From: Candidatus Spyradocola sp. | Lineage (GTDB): Bacteria; Bacillota; Clostridia; Christensenellales; UBA1750 | NCBI GenBank assembly: GCA_034113365.1 | Contig: JAXEXP010000034.1 | Coordinates: 11,345-75,344, forward strand | Direction: 5' to 3' | DNA: 64,000 bases | Shown here: positions 8,466 to 17,495 of the stretch, in pieces | Numbering within the stretch: position 1 is the first letter of the stretch | Layout of the letters: every line of letters begins with the position of its first letter | Translations under genes and position numbers: made by a program | The notes under the pieces: generated by a model | The model's database searches: none | What the model was told of the DNA's origin: nothing | The model's input: only the letters and a program-made list of their open reading frames with translations

Positions 8466-10766
8466 TCAATCCAGTTCCAGCTCCGCCTGCGCATGCAGTC
8501 CGCCGCCCTCGCAGCAGACGCGCACCGTGCCCCGTCCCTTCTTGCGCACCACCAGCAGCAGGCGGCCGCGGTCGGCCGCAGCCTCGCCGCGGGTGTAGTT
8601 GGTGTCGCTCCTGGGGTCCGCGCCGCCCAGCGCCGCCAGCGCCGCGCCCTGCACCTGCACCCGCACGCGCTGGGCAAAGTCCGGCACCACGCGTCCCTGT
8701 CCGTCCACCGCCTCGATGCGCAGGAAGCGGAATTCGCCGCCATAGGAGGGCTCCGCCGTCACGCGCAGCGCCTGCGCAGGGCCGGTGGTGCATAGGCTCG
8801 TCCGTCCCAGCTCCACGCCCGCCCTGCGGGATACCGCCGTCAGCTTCCCGGGCCGGTAGACGACCTCCAGCTCCGTGCGGTAGTCCTTCACGCCGCCGCG
8901 CGCCACGCTCCTGCCGTCCAGCAGCAGCTCCACCTCGTCGCCCGCGCTGTACACCGTCACGCGGACGGGCTTTCCGTCAAAGCCCTGGAAGTTCCAGCTC
9001 TCGATCAGGTCCGCCCAGCCCCAGGCCGACAGCGTCTCCTCCTGCCCAAAGTGCGCGGGATGCTGCACCGCCAGGTAGGGCTGCACCCGCCCCGACCACA
9101 CAAAGTCCCGGTAGTGCGACTGCGGCCGCTTGTCCCCGCAGATATCGATGTCGCCGCAGTTGGCGATGTGCCAGGGGTAGCCCGCGGTGCCGCCCTGCGC
9201 CTGCTGCGCGCCGAACGCGCTGCGCCCCAGGCCCGATTCGCCCAGGTAATCCCACGCCGTCCACACAAAGTCGCCGATGACCTGCGGATTGCGCAGCACG
9301 GCCTCCCAGTTCTCCCTTGCCTGCATCGGGAAGGACTCCGTGCCGCACATCACGCGCTGTGGGAAGAGCGCGCCGTCCTTTTCATAGCGCTCCAGCAGGT
9401 AGTTGTACCCCACCACGTCCAGCGCCGACGCGAAGTCCTCCGAGCGCGTCGCCCAGAAGTCCTTGCCCGCGCCCACCGACTTTGACGAGTTGAGCGCCAG
9501 CTCCGCCATGTCGCTGTCCTCAAAGAAGTTGCACAGCGCGTTGGCCACGGGCCGCGTCCCGTCCAGCCCGCGGACAAAGTCCGCCAGCCTGTGCGACCAG
9601 GCCGCGCCGTCCGACGCGCCGCTGCGCTCGTAGATCTCGTTTCCCGTGGACCAAAGGATCACGCTGGGATGGTTGCGGTCGCGCGTGACCATCGCCGTCA
9701 GCTCCCCCTGCCACTCGCCCTCGAAGAACAGGTGCTCGTCGTAGGGCCGCTTGCCCTCGCGCCACACGTCAAAGGCCTCGTCCATCACATACATCCCCAG
9801 CTCGTCGCAGGCGTCCAGCAGCGCGGTCGAGGGCGGGTTGTGCGCGCAGCGGATGGCATTGAACCCTGCCGCCTTCAGCTTTGTGACCCTGCGCCGCTCG
9901 ATCTCCGGCGCGCTGACCGCGCCCAGCGGCCCGTTGTCGTGGTGCACGCAGCCGCCGCGCAGCTTGACCCGCTCCCCGTTGATGCGCAGGCCATGCACCG
10001 CGTCCACCGCGATGGTGCGCAGCCCCACACGCGTGCGCACCACGTCCCGCACGCACCCGTCCTGCGTCACCGTGGTCACCAACGTGTACAGCCAGGGCCG
10101 CTCCGCCGTCCACAGGCGCGCATCGGGCACCTCCAGCTCGCCGTCCCCGCCGCGCGCGACGGCCTTCCCCTCCGGGTCGAGCAGCTCGTGCGCCACGCAG
10201 CCGCCCTCCCCGAGGCATTCCGTGCGCACGCACAGCACCGCACGGCCCGCCTGCGCCTCCTTCGTCCAGACCTGCACGCCCCGCGGCGCCACGCAGGGCA
10301 GCGGCGCGGTGAGCAGCTCCACCCCGCGGTACAGCCCCGCGCCCGTGTACCAGCGCGACGCGGGCAGCATCGCGCAGCTGGTGGTGATGTGGATCCAGTT
10401 GACGCCCTCGTGCACACGCCCCGTCAGCTCCACCAGAAAGGGCGAATACCCGCCCTTGTGCTGGGCGACCAGCTGCCGGTTCACGCGCACCTCGCTCAAG
10501 CGGTACGCGCCGTCCACGGAAAGGTACACCGCGCCCTCCGCCTCCTCGCGCGTCAGCTCCACGTCCTTCTGGTACTGCCCGAACCCGCCCGGATACCAGC
10601 CCTCCGCCTGATCGCCGGGGCTGTTCGGATCGCGTTCAAACGCGATGCGGAAATCGTGCGGCAGATCCACGCGCTCCGCCTGCTCTGCGTCCATCCTGCG
10701 CGACACCCACTGCGGCGCCCTGTCCGCCCGGAACAGCCAGTCCTCATGGATGCTTCTCGTCCTCAT
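8466..10766 (-). CDS. Glycoside hydrolase family 2 (beta-galactosidase/beta-glucuronidase-like), no signal peptide
   Basis: GH2 blocks are present: GGYSPFLVELT, FNAIRCAHNPPS, RNHPSVILWSTGNEI (acid/base Glu region) and WTAWDYLGES. Confidence 0.88.
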   Translation of the reverse strand: MRTRSIHEDWLFRADRAPQWVSRRMDAEQAERVDLPHDFRIAFERDPNSPGDQAEGWYPGGFGQYQKDVELTREEAEGAVYLSVDGAYRLSEVRVNRQLVAQHKGGYSPFLVELTGRVHEGVNWIHITTSCAMLPASRWYTGAGLYRGVELLTAPLPCVAPRGVQVWTKEAQAGRAVLCVRTECLGEGGCVAHELLDPEGKAVARGGDGELEVPDARLWTAERPWLYTLVTTVTQDGCVRDVVRTRVGLRTIAVDAVHGLRINGERVKLRGGCVHHDNGPLGAVSAPEIERRRVTKLKAAGFNAIRCAHNPPSTALLDACDELGMYVMDEAFDVWREGKRPYDEHLFFEGEWQGELTAMVTRDRNHPSVILWSTGNEIYERSGASDGAAWSHRLADFVRGLDGTRPVANALCNFFEDSDMAELALNSSKSVGAGKDFWATRSEDFASALDVVGYNYLLERYEKDGALFPQRVMCGTESFPMQARENWEAVLRNPQVIGDFVWTAWDYLGESGLGRSAFGAQQAQGGTAGYPWHIANCGDIDICGDKRPQSHYRDFVWSGRVQPYLAVQHPAHFGQEETLSAWGWADLIESWNFQGFDGKPVRVTVYSAGDEVELLLDGRSVARGGVKDYRTELEVVYRPGKLTAVSRRAGVELGRTSLCTTGPAQALRVTAEPSYGGEFRFLRIEAVDGQGRVVPDFAQRVRVQVQGAALAALGGADPRSDTNYTRGEAAADRGRLLLVVRKKGRGTVRVCCEGGGLHAQAELELD

Positions 10767-11600
10767 GTGCTTTCCACTCCCTCTGTATCTTTTCTATGCG
10801 AGCGCATTTTGGCGCCCATTCTCCTGCGCACCCAGTCCGCCGCTGCGCGCTGCGCCGCCGCGCACGCCGCCACAAACAGCAGGTACGCCAAGCTGATCAA
10901 AGCCTCCAGACCGCCGCCAACAATCAGCTGGAGCAATATAAACAGAAACTCGCACAGCAGCATCATCACGTCCTGCAGCACGATCACCCGCCGGACGTCC
11001 TCCTTCACCGGCCCGAACAGCCAGCCAAAAAAGCACTCCGCCGCGAGCCGCACCAGATAATACAGCGCAAACCAGTGCAGCGGTGCGCGCGTCACAAACC
11101 CTATTGCCTGCGCAACGCCCACGCCCCACGCGATCACGCCCGTCGCCGCCATCAGCGGCCCCTGCACGACCATGCGCAGGCGGAACCCCTCCCGCGGCCC
11201 GCGCCGCCAGCACACCGCGCACCCGATCAGGTGCGGGACCAACAGCGCCGCCAGCACCGCGCCGCTCACCCAGTCCACCAAAGCGTCTTCGCCAAACGTG
11301 GTGCTCCAGTAATACCCCTGCACCGCCGCCATGATGCCGCACTGCACGCCGACGTGCCACGACGCCGTCCGCGTGTACCAGCCCTTCCCCGTGCAAAGCG
11401 CCTCCGCGGCGATCAGCAGCACGCCAAGCGCCGTCATGACCAGCAGGTATACCCACTCCCACTCCGGCAGCCAGGTCCTGTCCACCCCCCCAGAACATCC
11501 AGGCATTGAACAGCAAAATCATCAATAGATCGATCCCAACGCCCACCGCAAGCGTGCGCACCATCCCGCTGTCCCGCAGCCGCTTCCAGAGCTGTTTCAT
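10763..11600 (-). pseudogene. Polytopic membrane protein gene whose frame is broken at a C7/G7 homopolymer (frameshift, phase variation or sequencing error)
   Basis: ATG at 11600 follows GGAGG with a 7-nt spacer and encodes MKQLWKRLRDSGMVRTLAVGVGIDLLMILLFNAWMFWGG. At the G7 run (plus-strand C7, 11485..11491) the hydrophobic frame moves to the 10763..11506 ORF (VDRTWLPEWEWVYLLVMTALG...). The total length of 838 nt is one base too many for a single frame. The stop overlaps the GH2 start by 4 nt. Confidence 0.6.
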
Positions 11601-11757
11601 TGTCACGCCTCCATTCGCAATAGAATTTCCACACAACCACCGTCTTTTCCTTTTCTCTGCCCGGCAAAGTAACATTCCGGCGACAATGTATATGGCATTC
11701 TCCCCTGCGCCGTGTTATGATATATCATCAGCAGCAAATCGCACAGGAGGGTTCTGT

Positions 11758-13131
11758 ATGGATCAGCTCGTCAACCTCTGGGTCACCGATCAGCAAGGTC
11801 ATCGCCTCACCCCGCTCCCGCCGCAGGCCATGCGCTATGTCAACACCGACGTGCTGGAAAGCCCCAACCACACCGGTGACGTTGAGGGCGCCATCGTCAA
11901 TCTCCACGACGCCGTGAAATACCAGACCGTCGGCGGCATCGGCGGCGCGTTCACGGACGCCTCGGCATCACTATGGATGCAGATGCCCCCCGACCGCCGT
12001 CAGGAGCTGATCCGCGCCTACTTCGACCGCGAGACCGGCATAGGCTACACGTTCGGCCGTCTCTCCATCGGCAGCTGCGATTTCTCCACCGATGACTACA
12101 CCTATGTCGACGAGGGCGACGCCACCCTTTCCACCTTCACACTCGCGCACGACCGCCAGGCCGTGTTCCCCATGGTCAAGGCCGCGCAGCAGTACGCCGA
12201 CCTCACGCTGATGGCCTCCCCCTGGTCGCCGCCCGCGTACATGAAGACCAACCACAGCCGCATCGGCGGCCACCTGAAAAAAGACTGCTACCCCCTCTGG
12301 GCGCGTTACCTGCGTAAATATGTGGACGCATGCCGTCAGGAGGGCATCGCCATAAGCCTACTCTCCATCCAGAACGAGCCGCGCCATCACCAGATCTGGG
12401 AGTCCTGCCTCTACACCCCCGACGAGGAGATCGCGTTTCTCGGCGTACTGGGTGAGGCGCTGCAGGGTTCCGGCACCCGCATACTCTGTTACGACCATTG
12501 CCGCGAGCGCGTGTTCGAGCGCGCCGCGGCGATCCTGGGCTCCGGGAACGGCAAGTATTGCGACGGCATCGCGCACCACTGGTACTCCGGCGATCACTTC
12601 GGCGAGCTGCGCGCCTTCCACGCGGCCTACCCGGACAAGCTGAGCGTCGCCAGCGAGGGCTGCTGCGTCGTGCCGGGCAGCGGCATCAAGCCCGAGCTCG
12701 ACCTCCCCTTCGCTGAAAAATACGCCCACGACCTATGCGGCTGCTTCCAAAACGGCCTCAACAGCTACTGCGACTGGAACCTGCTGCTCGACGAGCACAA
12801 CGGCCCCTACCACAACCGCGACGGCCGTCCCTGCAGCGCTGAAGCCCCGGTCTACTTCATCCGCCAGACCGGCGAGCTGCTCTACCGCCTCTCCTACTAC
12901 TACATCGGCCACTACAGTAAATTCGTGCGCCCCGGCGCCCGCGTCATCGCCTCCAGCTCCCACCACCCTGACCTCGAGACTGTCGCCTTTCAAAACCCCG
13001 ACGCCTCCCTTGTCTGCGTGCTCCTCAACCGCACCGCCGCGCCCCTCCCCTGCACCCTCCGCCACAACGGCTGCATCGTCCCCATCACCCTCCAGTCCCA
13101 CTCCATCGCCACCGCCGTGATTCCTCAGTAA
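11758..13131 (+). CDS. Glycoside hydrolase family 30 (glucosylceramidase/O-glycosyl hydrolase 30-like), no signal peptide
   Basis: ATG at 11758 follows AGGAGG. GH30 blocks are present: GGIGGAFTDASA, ASPWSPPAYMKTN, SIQNEPRH (acid/base Glu) and SVASEGC (nucleophile region). Confidence 0.85.
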   Translation: MDQLVNLWVTDQQGHRLTPLPPQAMRYVNTDVLESPNHTGDVEGAIVNLHDAVKYQTVGGIGGAFTDASASLWMQMPPDRRQELIRAYFDRETGIGYTFGRLSIGSCDFSTDDYTYVDEGDATLSTFTLAHDRQAVFPMVKAAQQYADLTLMASPWSPPAYMKTNHSRIGGHLKKDCYPLWARYLRKYVDACRQEGIAISLLSIQNEPRHHQIWESCLYTPDEEIAFLGVLGEALQGSGTRILCYDHCRERVFERAAAILGSGNGKYCDGIAHHWYSGDHFGELRAFHAAYPDKLSVASEGCCVVPGSGIKPELDLPFAEKYAHDLCGCFQNGLNSYCDWNLLLDEHNGPYHNRDGRPCSAEAPVYFIRQTGELLYRLSYYYIGHYSKFVRPGARVIASSSHHPDLETVAFQNPDASLVCVLLNRTAAPLPCTLRHNGCIVPITLQSHSIATAVIPQ

Positions 13132-13156
13132 CCCCCGCCCCAATCCCAATCAGCCA

Positions 13157-13203
13157 AAAACGCACACAGAGCGATGCAAAACTCGCCCCGTGTGCGTTTT
13201 CAT
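13157..13203. terminator. Bidirectional terminator between convergent GH30 and the rlmD-operon tail
   Basis: Stem aaaacgcacaca ... tgtgtgcgtttt with a long loop. It is flanked by an A-run and a T-run, so either strand would read a U-tract after the hairpin. Confidence 0.6.
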
Positions 13204-13212
13204 TCCCAAAGC

Positions 13213-13617
13213 TCACCGCATCAAAAGCCACTCTTTGGCCTTTTCATAATCCCGGAAGAATTGCATTACAGCGCAGGATTCTGCCCGTATCCGGTCAAAC
13301 AGTTTCCGTTCCTTCCGCCCCACGCCGACAAATGCGATCATCAAAAACCGCTTGGGGCACTGCAGAATCCCGTCCACAATCTGCGCCGCGATCCGCTCCG
13401 TCACGGCAGTCTCATCCAAATTGACGATCATATAGGAAGAAACCGACGGCCGCCCGAACGTACTGCGATCCTCGCGAAATTTCCCGATCACTTCCTCTTC
13501 CATTTCGCCCATGCCGTCCAGATGCTCGCACCATATACTCCCGCCGTGATAGTTCAGCTCAAAGGACTTCTTCTCAATCCCGGCCCGCTCCTTCTCATTC
13601 ATCCGCTCCATGCGCAT
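13213..13617 (-). CDS. Hypothetical protein (134 aa), possibly STAS/SpoIIAA-like
   Basis: ATG at 13617 follows GGAGG and overlaps the upstream stop (TGATG). The C-terminal part, FLMIAFVGVGRKERKLFDRIRAESCAVMQFFRDYEKAKEWL, resembles STAS_2-type domains by eye only. Confidence 0.55.
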   Translation of the reverse strand: MRMERMNEKERAGIEKKSFELNYHGGSIWCEHLDGMGEMEEEVIGKFREDRSTFGRPSVSSYMIVNLDETAVTERIAAQIVDGILQCPKRFLMIAFVGVGRKERKLFDRIRAESCAVMQFFRDYEKAKEWLLMR

Positions 13618-14474
13618 CAGTCCTCCACAAAGCAAAATTGGGAATGTGCGCGGCTGCGCCTGCGGATGGGCACGGGCGGGCTGTCCTCATCTCCCGCGAT
13701 CTCCTCGTCCCCGTCATAATCCCTGCAGCGCCAGCTGATATAATATCCCTTCTCATCGATCTGGAACCGGTAGACCCGCCGCTTCATCAGACAGCGCTCC
13801 TCCAGCGGCGTGCTGCCCGAAAAGAAGCTGTCCGGCGGCTCACAGTAGAGCACGCGCCTCTCGTCCGCCCCGGTCAGCAGACCCGCCTCATAGTCATACG
13901 CCGCATCGTACAATTCGCAGGCCTGACTGCGCTCCGGGTGCCTCGCGTCGTAGAGTATATACAGGCTGGCGTAATGCAGAATGCGCCTGTCATCGCCATA
14001 ATCGCACACAAATATGCTGTAGGGCTCCTTCAGCCTGCAGTTGAACCGATACCCCACGGCCTGCTTCTCCCCATAGGAAACAAACGTGACCTCCCTCACG
14101 TTCTGACTGCTCCCGTGCTTCACCACCCGCAGCCTTTTCTCCGCGTCAAACCCATACAGCAGGTCTTCCCAGCTGTCCACGTCTGGCTCCCGGATCAGCC
14201 TGCCCCGGCGCACGCCGCCCACGGTGAGGTCGGAGATCGGGTCCGGGTCCAGCGCGCCCAGCCCCACGCCCTGATACCCCGTGCAGCCCCGCCAATACGC
14301 GACGCGCGGCATGCTCCCCTTGCTCAGCACGTCGTACGCCCCATCCATGCGCAGCAGCCGGTTCAGCAGCTCCTGCGTGCGCTCCAGCAGATAAACCTTC
14401 GCCGCAGCGTGCTCCGCCGCGTCCTGACCCAGGTAGAACGCCCCCGCGTTCGCATAATCCAAAGCCTTCTGCAC
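13617..14474 (-). CDS. Hypothetical protein (285 aa), no family recognised
   Basis: Clean ORF with ordinary amino-acid composition (MQKALDYANAGAFYLGQDAAEH...). Its G+C looks lower than the flanks by eye. It is tightly packed between the two neighbouring genes. Confidence 0.6.
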   Translation of the reverse strand: MQKALDYANAGAFYLGQDAAEHAAAKVYLLERTQELLNRLLRMDGAYDVLSKGSMPRVAYWRGCTGYQGVGLGALDPDPISDLTVGGVRRGRLIREPDVDSWEDLLYGFDAEKRLRVVKHGSSQNVREVTFVSYGEKQAVGYRFNCRLKEPYSIFVCDYGDDRRILHYASLYILYDARHPERSQACELYDAAYDYEAGLLTGADERRVLYCEPPDSFFSGSTPLEERCLMKRRVYRFQIDEKGYYISWRCRDYDGDEEIAGDEDSPPVPIRRRSRAHSQFCFVED

Positions 14475-14486
14475 GATCCAGCTCCC

Positions 14487-15014
14487 CTATTTGCGCGTTT
14501 CCTGCTCGTACTTCTCGTCGAACGCGGCGCGAAGCATCGCCCGCCCCTCGCGCGGCAGCACGTTCAACAGCTTTTCATAGGTCTTTCGGCGGTATTCAAT
14601 GGGAATGACCTCGCTGGTATTCGGCACGTTGTTGATGTGCGACAGCTCGTAATTCGACAGTATCTTCGTGGAAAACACAATATACGGCACCGGCACGCAG
14701 ACGTGAATATAATACGCCGGGTAGATGTGCAGGCTCCTGTAAGGCACCAGCGTCGCCTTGCGAAACGGCGCGCGGTGGATCAGCCCCTCCGGCGTAAACT
14801 CAATGTTGGCATACCATTTGGGGGCGGCCAGCAGACAGGCACCGATCCAGCCGATTGCCAGCACGCCGCATGAAATCACTCCTCCCAAACCTCCACCGCC
14901 CATATAGTATATGAACGAAAGCCCACCCACCACCAATAACGTAAGGATGATCGACGCTATAGCCAGTCCGCGGTTCGTAAACATCCTCAGATTGTCATTC
15001 TTCGTGTTTTTCAT
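14487..15014 (-). CDS. Membrane protein (175 aa): two N-terminal TM helices plus a ~100-aa soluble domain (bacterial PH/DUF304-like architecture)
   Basis: This is the C-terminal portion of track ORF 14487..16001, starting at MKNTKNDNLRMF. The ATG at 15014 overlaps the rlmD stop (ATGA). TM segments are GLAIASIILTLLVVGGLSFIYY and GVISCGVLAIGWIGACLLA. The G+C looks lower than rlmD by eye. Confidence 0.7.
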   Translation of the reverse strand: MKNTKNDNLRMFTNRGLAIASIILTLLVVGGLSFIYYMGGGGLGGVISCGVLAIGWIGACLLAAPKWYANIEFTPEGLIHRAPFRKATLVPYRSLHIYPAYYIHVCVPVPYIVFSTKILSNYELSHINNVPNTSEVIPIEYRRKTYEKLLNVLPREGRAMLRAAFDEKYEQETRK

Positions 15015-16378
15015 ATTGCTCTCCTTTCCATCAACGCCACACACTCCACCTCGCCCGTCCACGGGAACATGTCGCAGGGCCGCAGCGCGCGCAGCGGATA
15101 GCCCAGCTCTGCCAGCCGCTTTGCGTCGCGGGCGAGCGTTGCGGGGTTGCAGGAGACGTACACGATGCGCCGGGGTGCGCTGCGCGCCACGGCCTCCAGC
15201 ACCGCGGGCTCGCAGCCCTTGCGCGGCGGGTCGAGCACCGCCACGTCCGGCCGCAGCCCGTCCTCCACCAGCCGGGGCAGCACGTCCTCGCACGCCCCCG
15301 CGAGGAACTCCGCGTTGCCCACGCCATTGCGCGCGGCGTTCTCTTTTGCGTCGCGCACCGCGTCGGGCACGATCTCGATGCCCACCACGCGCCCCGCCTT
15401 GCGCGCCATGCACAGCCCGATGGTGCCCGCGCCGCAGTAGGCGTACACCACCGTCTCCCCGCCCGACAGCGCCGCGAACTCCAGCGCCTGCGCGTACAGC
15501 CGCTCGGTCTGCACGCGGTTGACCTGATAGAACGACAGCGGCGACAGCCGGAACCGCAGCCCCATCAGCTCGTCCTCCAGCCGCTCCTTCCCAAAGAGCA
15601 GCCTGTTCTTGCGCCCCAGTATCTCCTGCGTCGCCCGGGGATTGACGTTCTGCACCACGCTCTCCAGCCCCGGCACCGCCGCCCGCAGCGCCGCCACCAG
15701 CGCATCCTTTGCCGGCAGCGCCTCTCCCGCCGTCACCACGACCGCCATCACGCCGCCCGTGCGGTTCGTCCGCACCATCAGATGCCGCACGATTCCCCGC
15801 CGGGCGCGCTCGTCGTAGGGCGCAACGCGCCTCTCCCGCATCCAGCCCTCCACCGCCGCAGCCGCCGCACAGGCCTCCTCCGTCTGAAGCAGACAATCCG
15901 TCGCGGGCGCCAGCGCATGCGTCCCGCGCCCGACAAACCCCAGCCGCGGCTGCCCCGCAACGCTGCCCGCGCGGAACACCGCCTTGTTGCGGTAGCGCCA
16001 CGGCGTCTCCATGCCCAGTATGGGCAGCATCTCAAAGCCCTGCTGACCGCCCACGCGCCGCATCAGCTGCTCCACCTGCCCGCTCAGCGCCTGCCCATGC
16101 GCCTCATAATCCATGAACTGCATGCTGCACCCGCCGCAGCGCCCCGCGTGCGGACAGACCGGCTCCACCCGCCGCGCCGAGGGCGTCAGGATCTCCTCGA
16201 CCTGCGCCCGTGCGTACCGCGGCTGCACCTCCGTCACCCGCGCCCGCACGCGCTCGCCGGGCAGCGTCTGCGCCACAAACACCGTCAGCCCCTCGTGCAC
16301 CGCCACACCGCTGCCCGCGTCGCCCGCGCGCACGATGTCCAGCTCCAGCCTCTGCCCCTTTTTCAGCGGATATTCCAT
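15011..16378 (-). CDS. rlmD: 23S rRNA (uracil-5)-methyltransferase, RumA/RlmD type (TRAM + [4Fe-4S] + SAM-MTase)
   Basis: N-terminal TRAM-like domain, cluster cysteines CPHAGRCGGC, SAM motif DAYCGAGTIG-like (VYAYCGAGTIGL), DPPRKG and YVSCNPATLARD. The start was taken at MEYPLKKGQ (16378). Confidence 0.85.
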   Translation of the reverse strand: MEYPLKKGQRLELDIVRAGDAGSGVAVHEGLTVFVAQTLPGERVRARVTEVQPRYARAQVEEILTPSARRVEPVCPHAGRCGGCSMQFMDYEAHGQALSGQVEQLMRRVGGQQGFEMLPILGMETPWRYRNKAVFRAGSVAGQPRLGFVGRGTHALAPATDCLLQTEEACAAAAAVEGWMRERRVAPYDERARRGIVRHLMVRTNRTGGVMAVVVTAGEALPAKDALVAALRAAVPGLESVVQNVNPRATQEILGRKNRLLFGKERLEDELMGLRFRLSPLSFYQVNRVQTERLYAQALEFAALSGGETVVYAYCGAGTIGLCMARKAGRVVGIEIVPDAVRDAKENAARNGVGNAEFLAGACEDVLPRLVEDGLRPDVAVLDPPRKGCEPAVLEAVARSAPRRIVYVSCNPATLARDAKRLAELGYPLRALRPCDMFPWTGEVECVALMERRAI

Positions 16379-16441
16379 CTCTGCCTGCGCTCCTTTACAT
16401 TTCCTCACCCGGGCGGTATAATGGCCGTGACAAAACCGGCC

Positions 16442-17410
16442 TCAGTCGCCCGTAAATCCGGCGTCCCCCAGCACGCGCACCGTGCCGTCGTCCCGCACCA
16501 GCACCGCCGCGCACTCCGGGTATTCCTCCCGCAGCAGCACTTCCGCCCGCTCCTCGCCCATCACGAACAGCGCGGTGGACAGCGCGTCCGCCGTCAGCCC
16601 GTCGGGCGCCAGCACCGTCGCCGACGCGATGCCGCTGCGCGCGGGATACCCCGTCTGCGGGTCCAGGATGTGGTGATACCGCACGCCGTCTACCTCAAAA
16701 TACCGCTGCGCGCCCGAGGAGGTCGCCACCGCGCGGCTGCCCGCAAACGCTACCGTGCCCACGGTGCCCTCGCCCCGCGGGTCCTCAATGGCCACCACCC
16801 AGGCGCTGCCGTCTGGCTTGCCCCCCAGCGTCAGGATGTTGCCGCCCAGGCTCAGCAGCGCGCACGTCACGCCGCGCGCCCGCAGCGCCTCCACCGCCTC
16901 GTCGCCGATGGCGCCCTTTGCCACCGCGCCCAGGTCGATGGACACCGCCTCCGCCGTGACCACGTCGCCCTCGATCGCGATGCGCTCCATGCCCCTGCGG
17001 CGCAGCGCCTCGTCGATCTGCGCCTGCTGCGGCACGCGCGGGCTGTCGCTCTTATAGTCCCACAAATCAGATACCGCCAGCAGCGTCACGTCCAGCGCAC
17101 CCGCCGTCTCCCGGCCGATGGCAAGCGCACGACCCAGCACCTGCGCCGTCAGCGCGTCCACCTGCACGGGCTGCCCGCCCGACGCATTGAGCGCCGAAAT
17201 GTCGCTGCCCTCGCGGTGCGCCGACAGCAGACGCTCGCATGCGTCGATGCGCGCCAGCGCCGCCTCCGCGTCCGCCTCGTCCCCGCCGGAAAAGATCTTC
17301 ACCGTGATCTCGGTATCCAATGCAAAGCTGCCCGCCTGCACCGTGCGCTGCCCGCACCCCGCGCAGCCCAGCAGCAAAAGCGCCAGAAACAGCGCCGCGA
17401 TCCTCCTCAT
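16442..17410 (-). CDS. apbE: FAD:protein FMN transferase (ApbE family) lipoprotein
   Basis: MRRIAALFLALLLLGCAGC is a lipoprotein signal peptide. An ApbE-like body follows (DVTLLAVSDLW, AKGAIGDEAVEAL, ATSSGAQRYF, HHILDPQTGYPA). The start could be 17428 instead of 17410. Confidence 0.82.
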   Translation of the reverse strand: MRRIAALFLALLLLGCAGCGQRTVQAGSFALDTEITVKIFSGGDEADAEAALARIDACERLLSAHREGSDISALNASGGQPVQVDALTAQVLGRALAIGRETAGALDVTLLAVSDLWDYKSDSPRVPQQAQIDEALRRRGMERIAIEGDVVTAEAVSIDLGAVAKGAIGDEAVEALRARGVTCALLSLGGNILTLGGKPDGSAWVVAIEDPRGEGTVGTVAFAGSRAVATSSGAQRYFEVDGVRYHHILDPQTGYPARSGIASATVLAPDGLTADALSTALFVMGEERAEVLLREEYPECAAVLVRDDGTVRVLGDAGFTGD

Positions 17411-17495
17411 GCCGTCATTTCCTTTCATTTCGCGGTCTTTCCGCTGCAACTAGCCTACCCCATCCGTGCAATTCTGTCAACGAGGAATGTATTCT

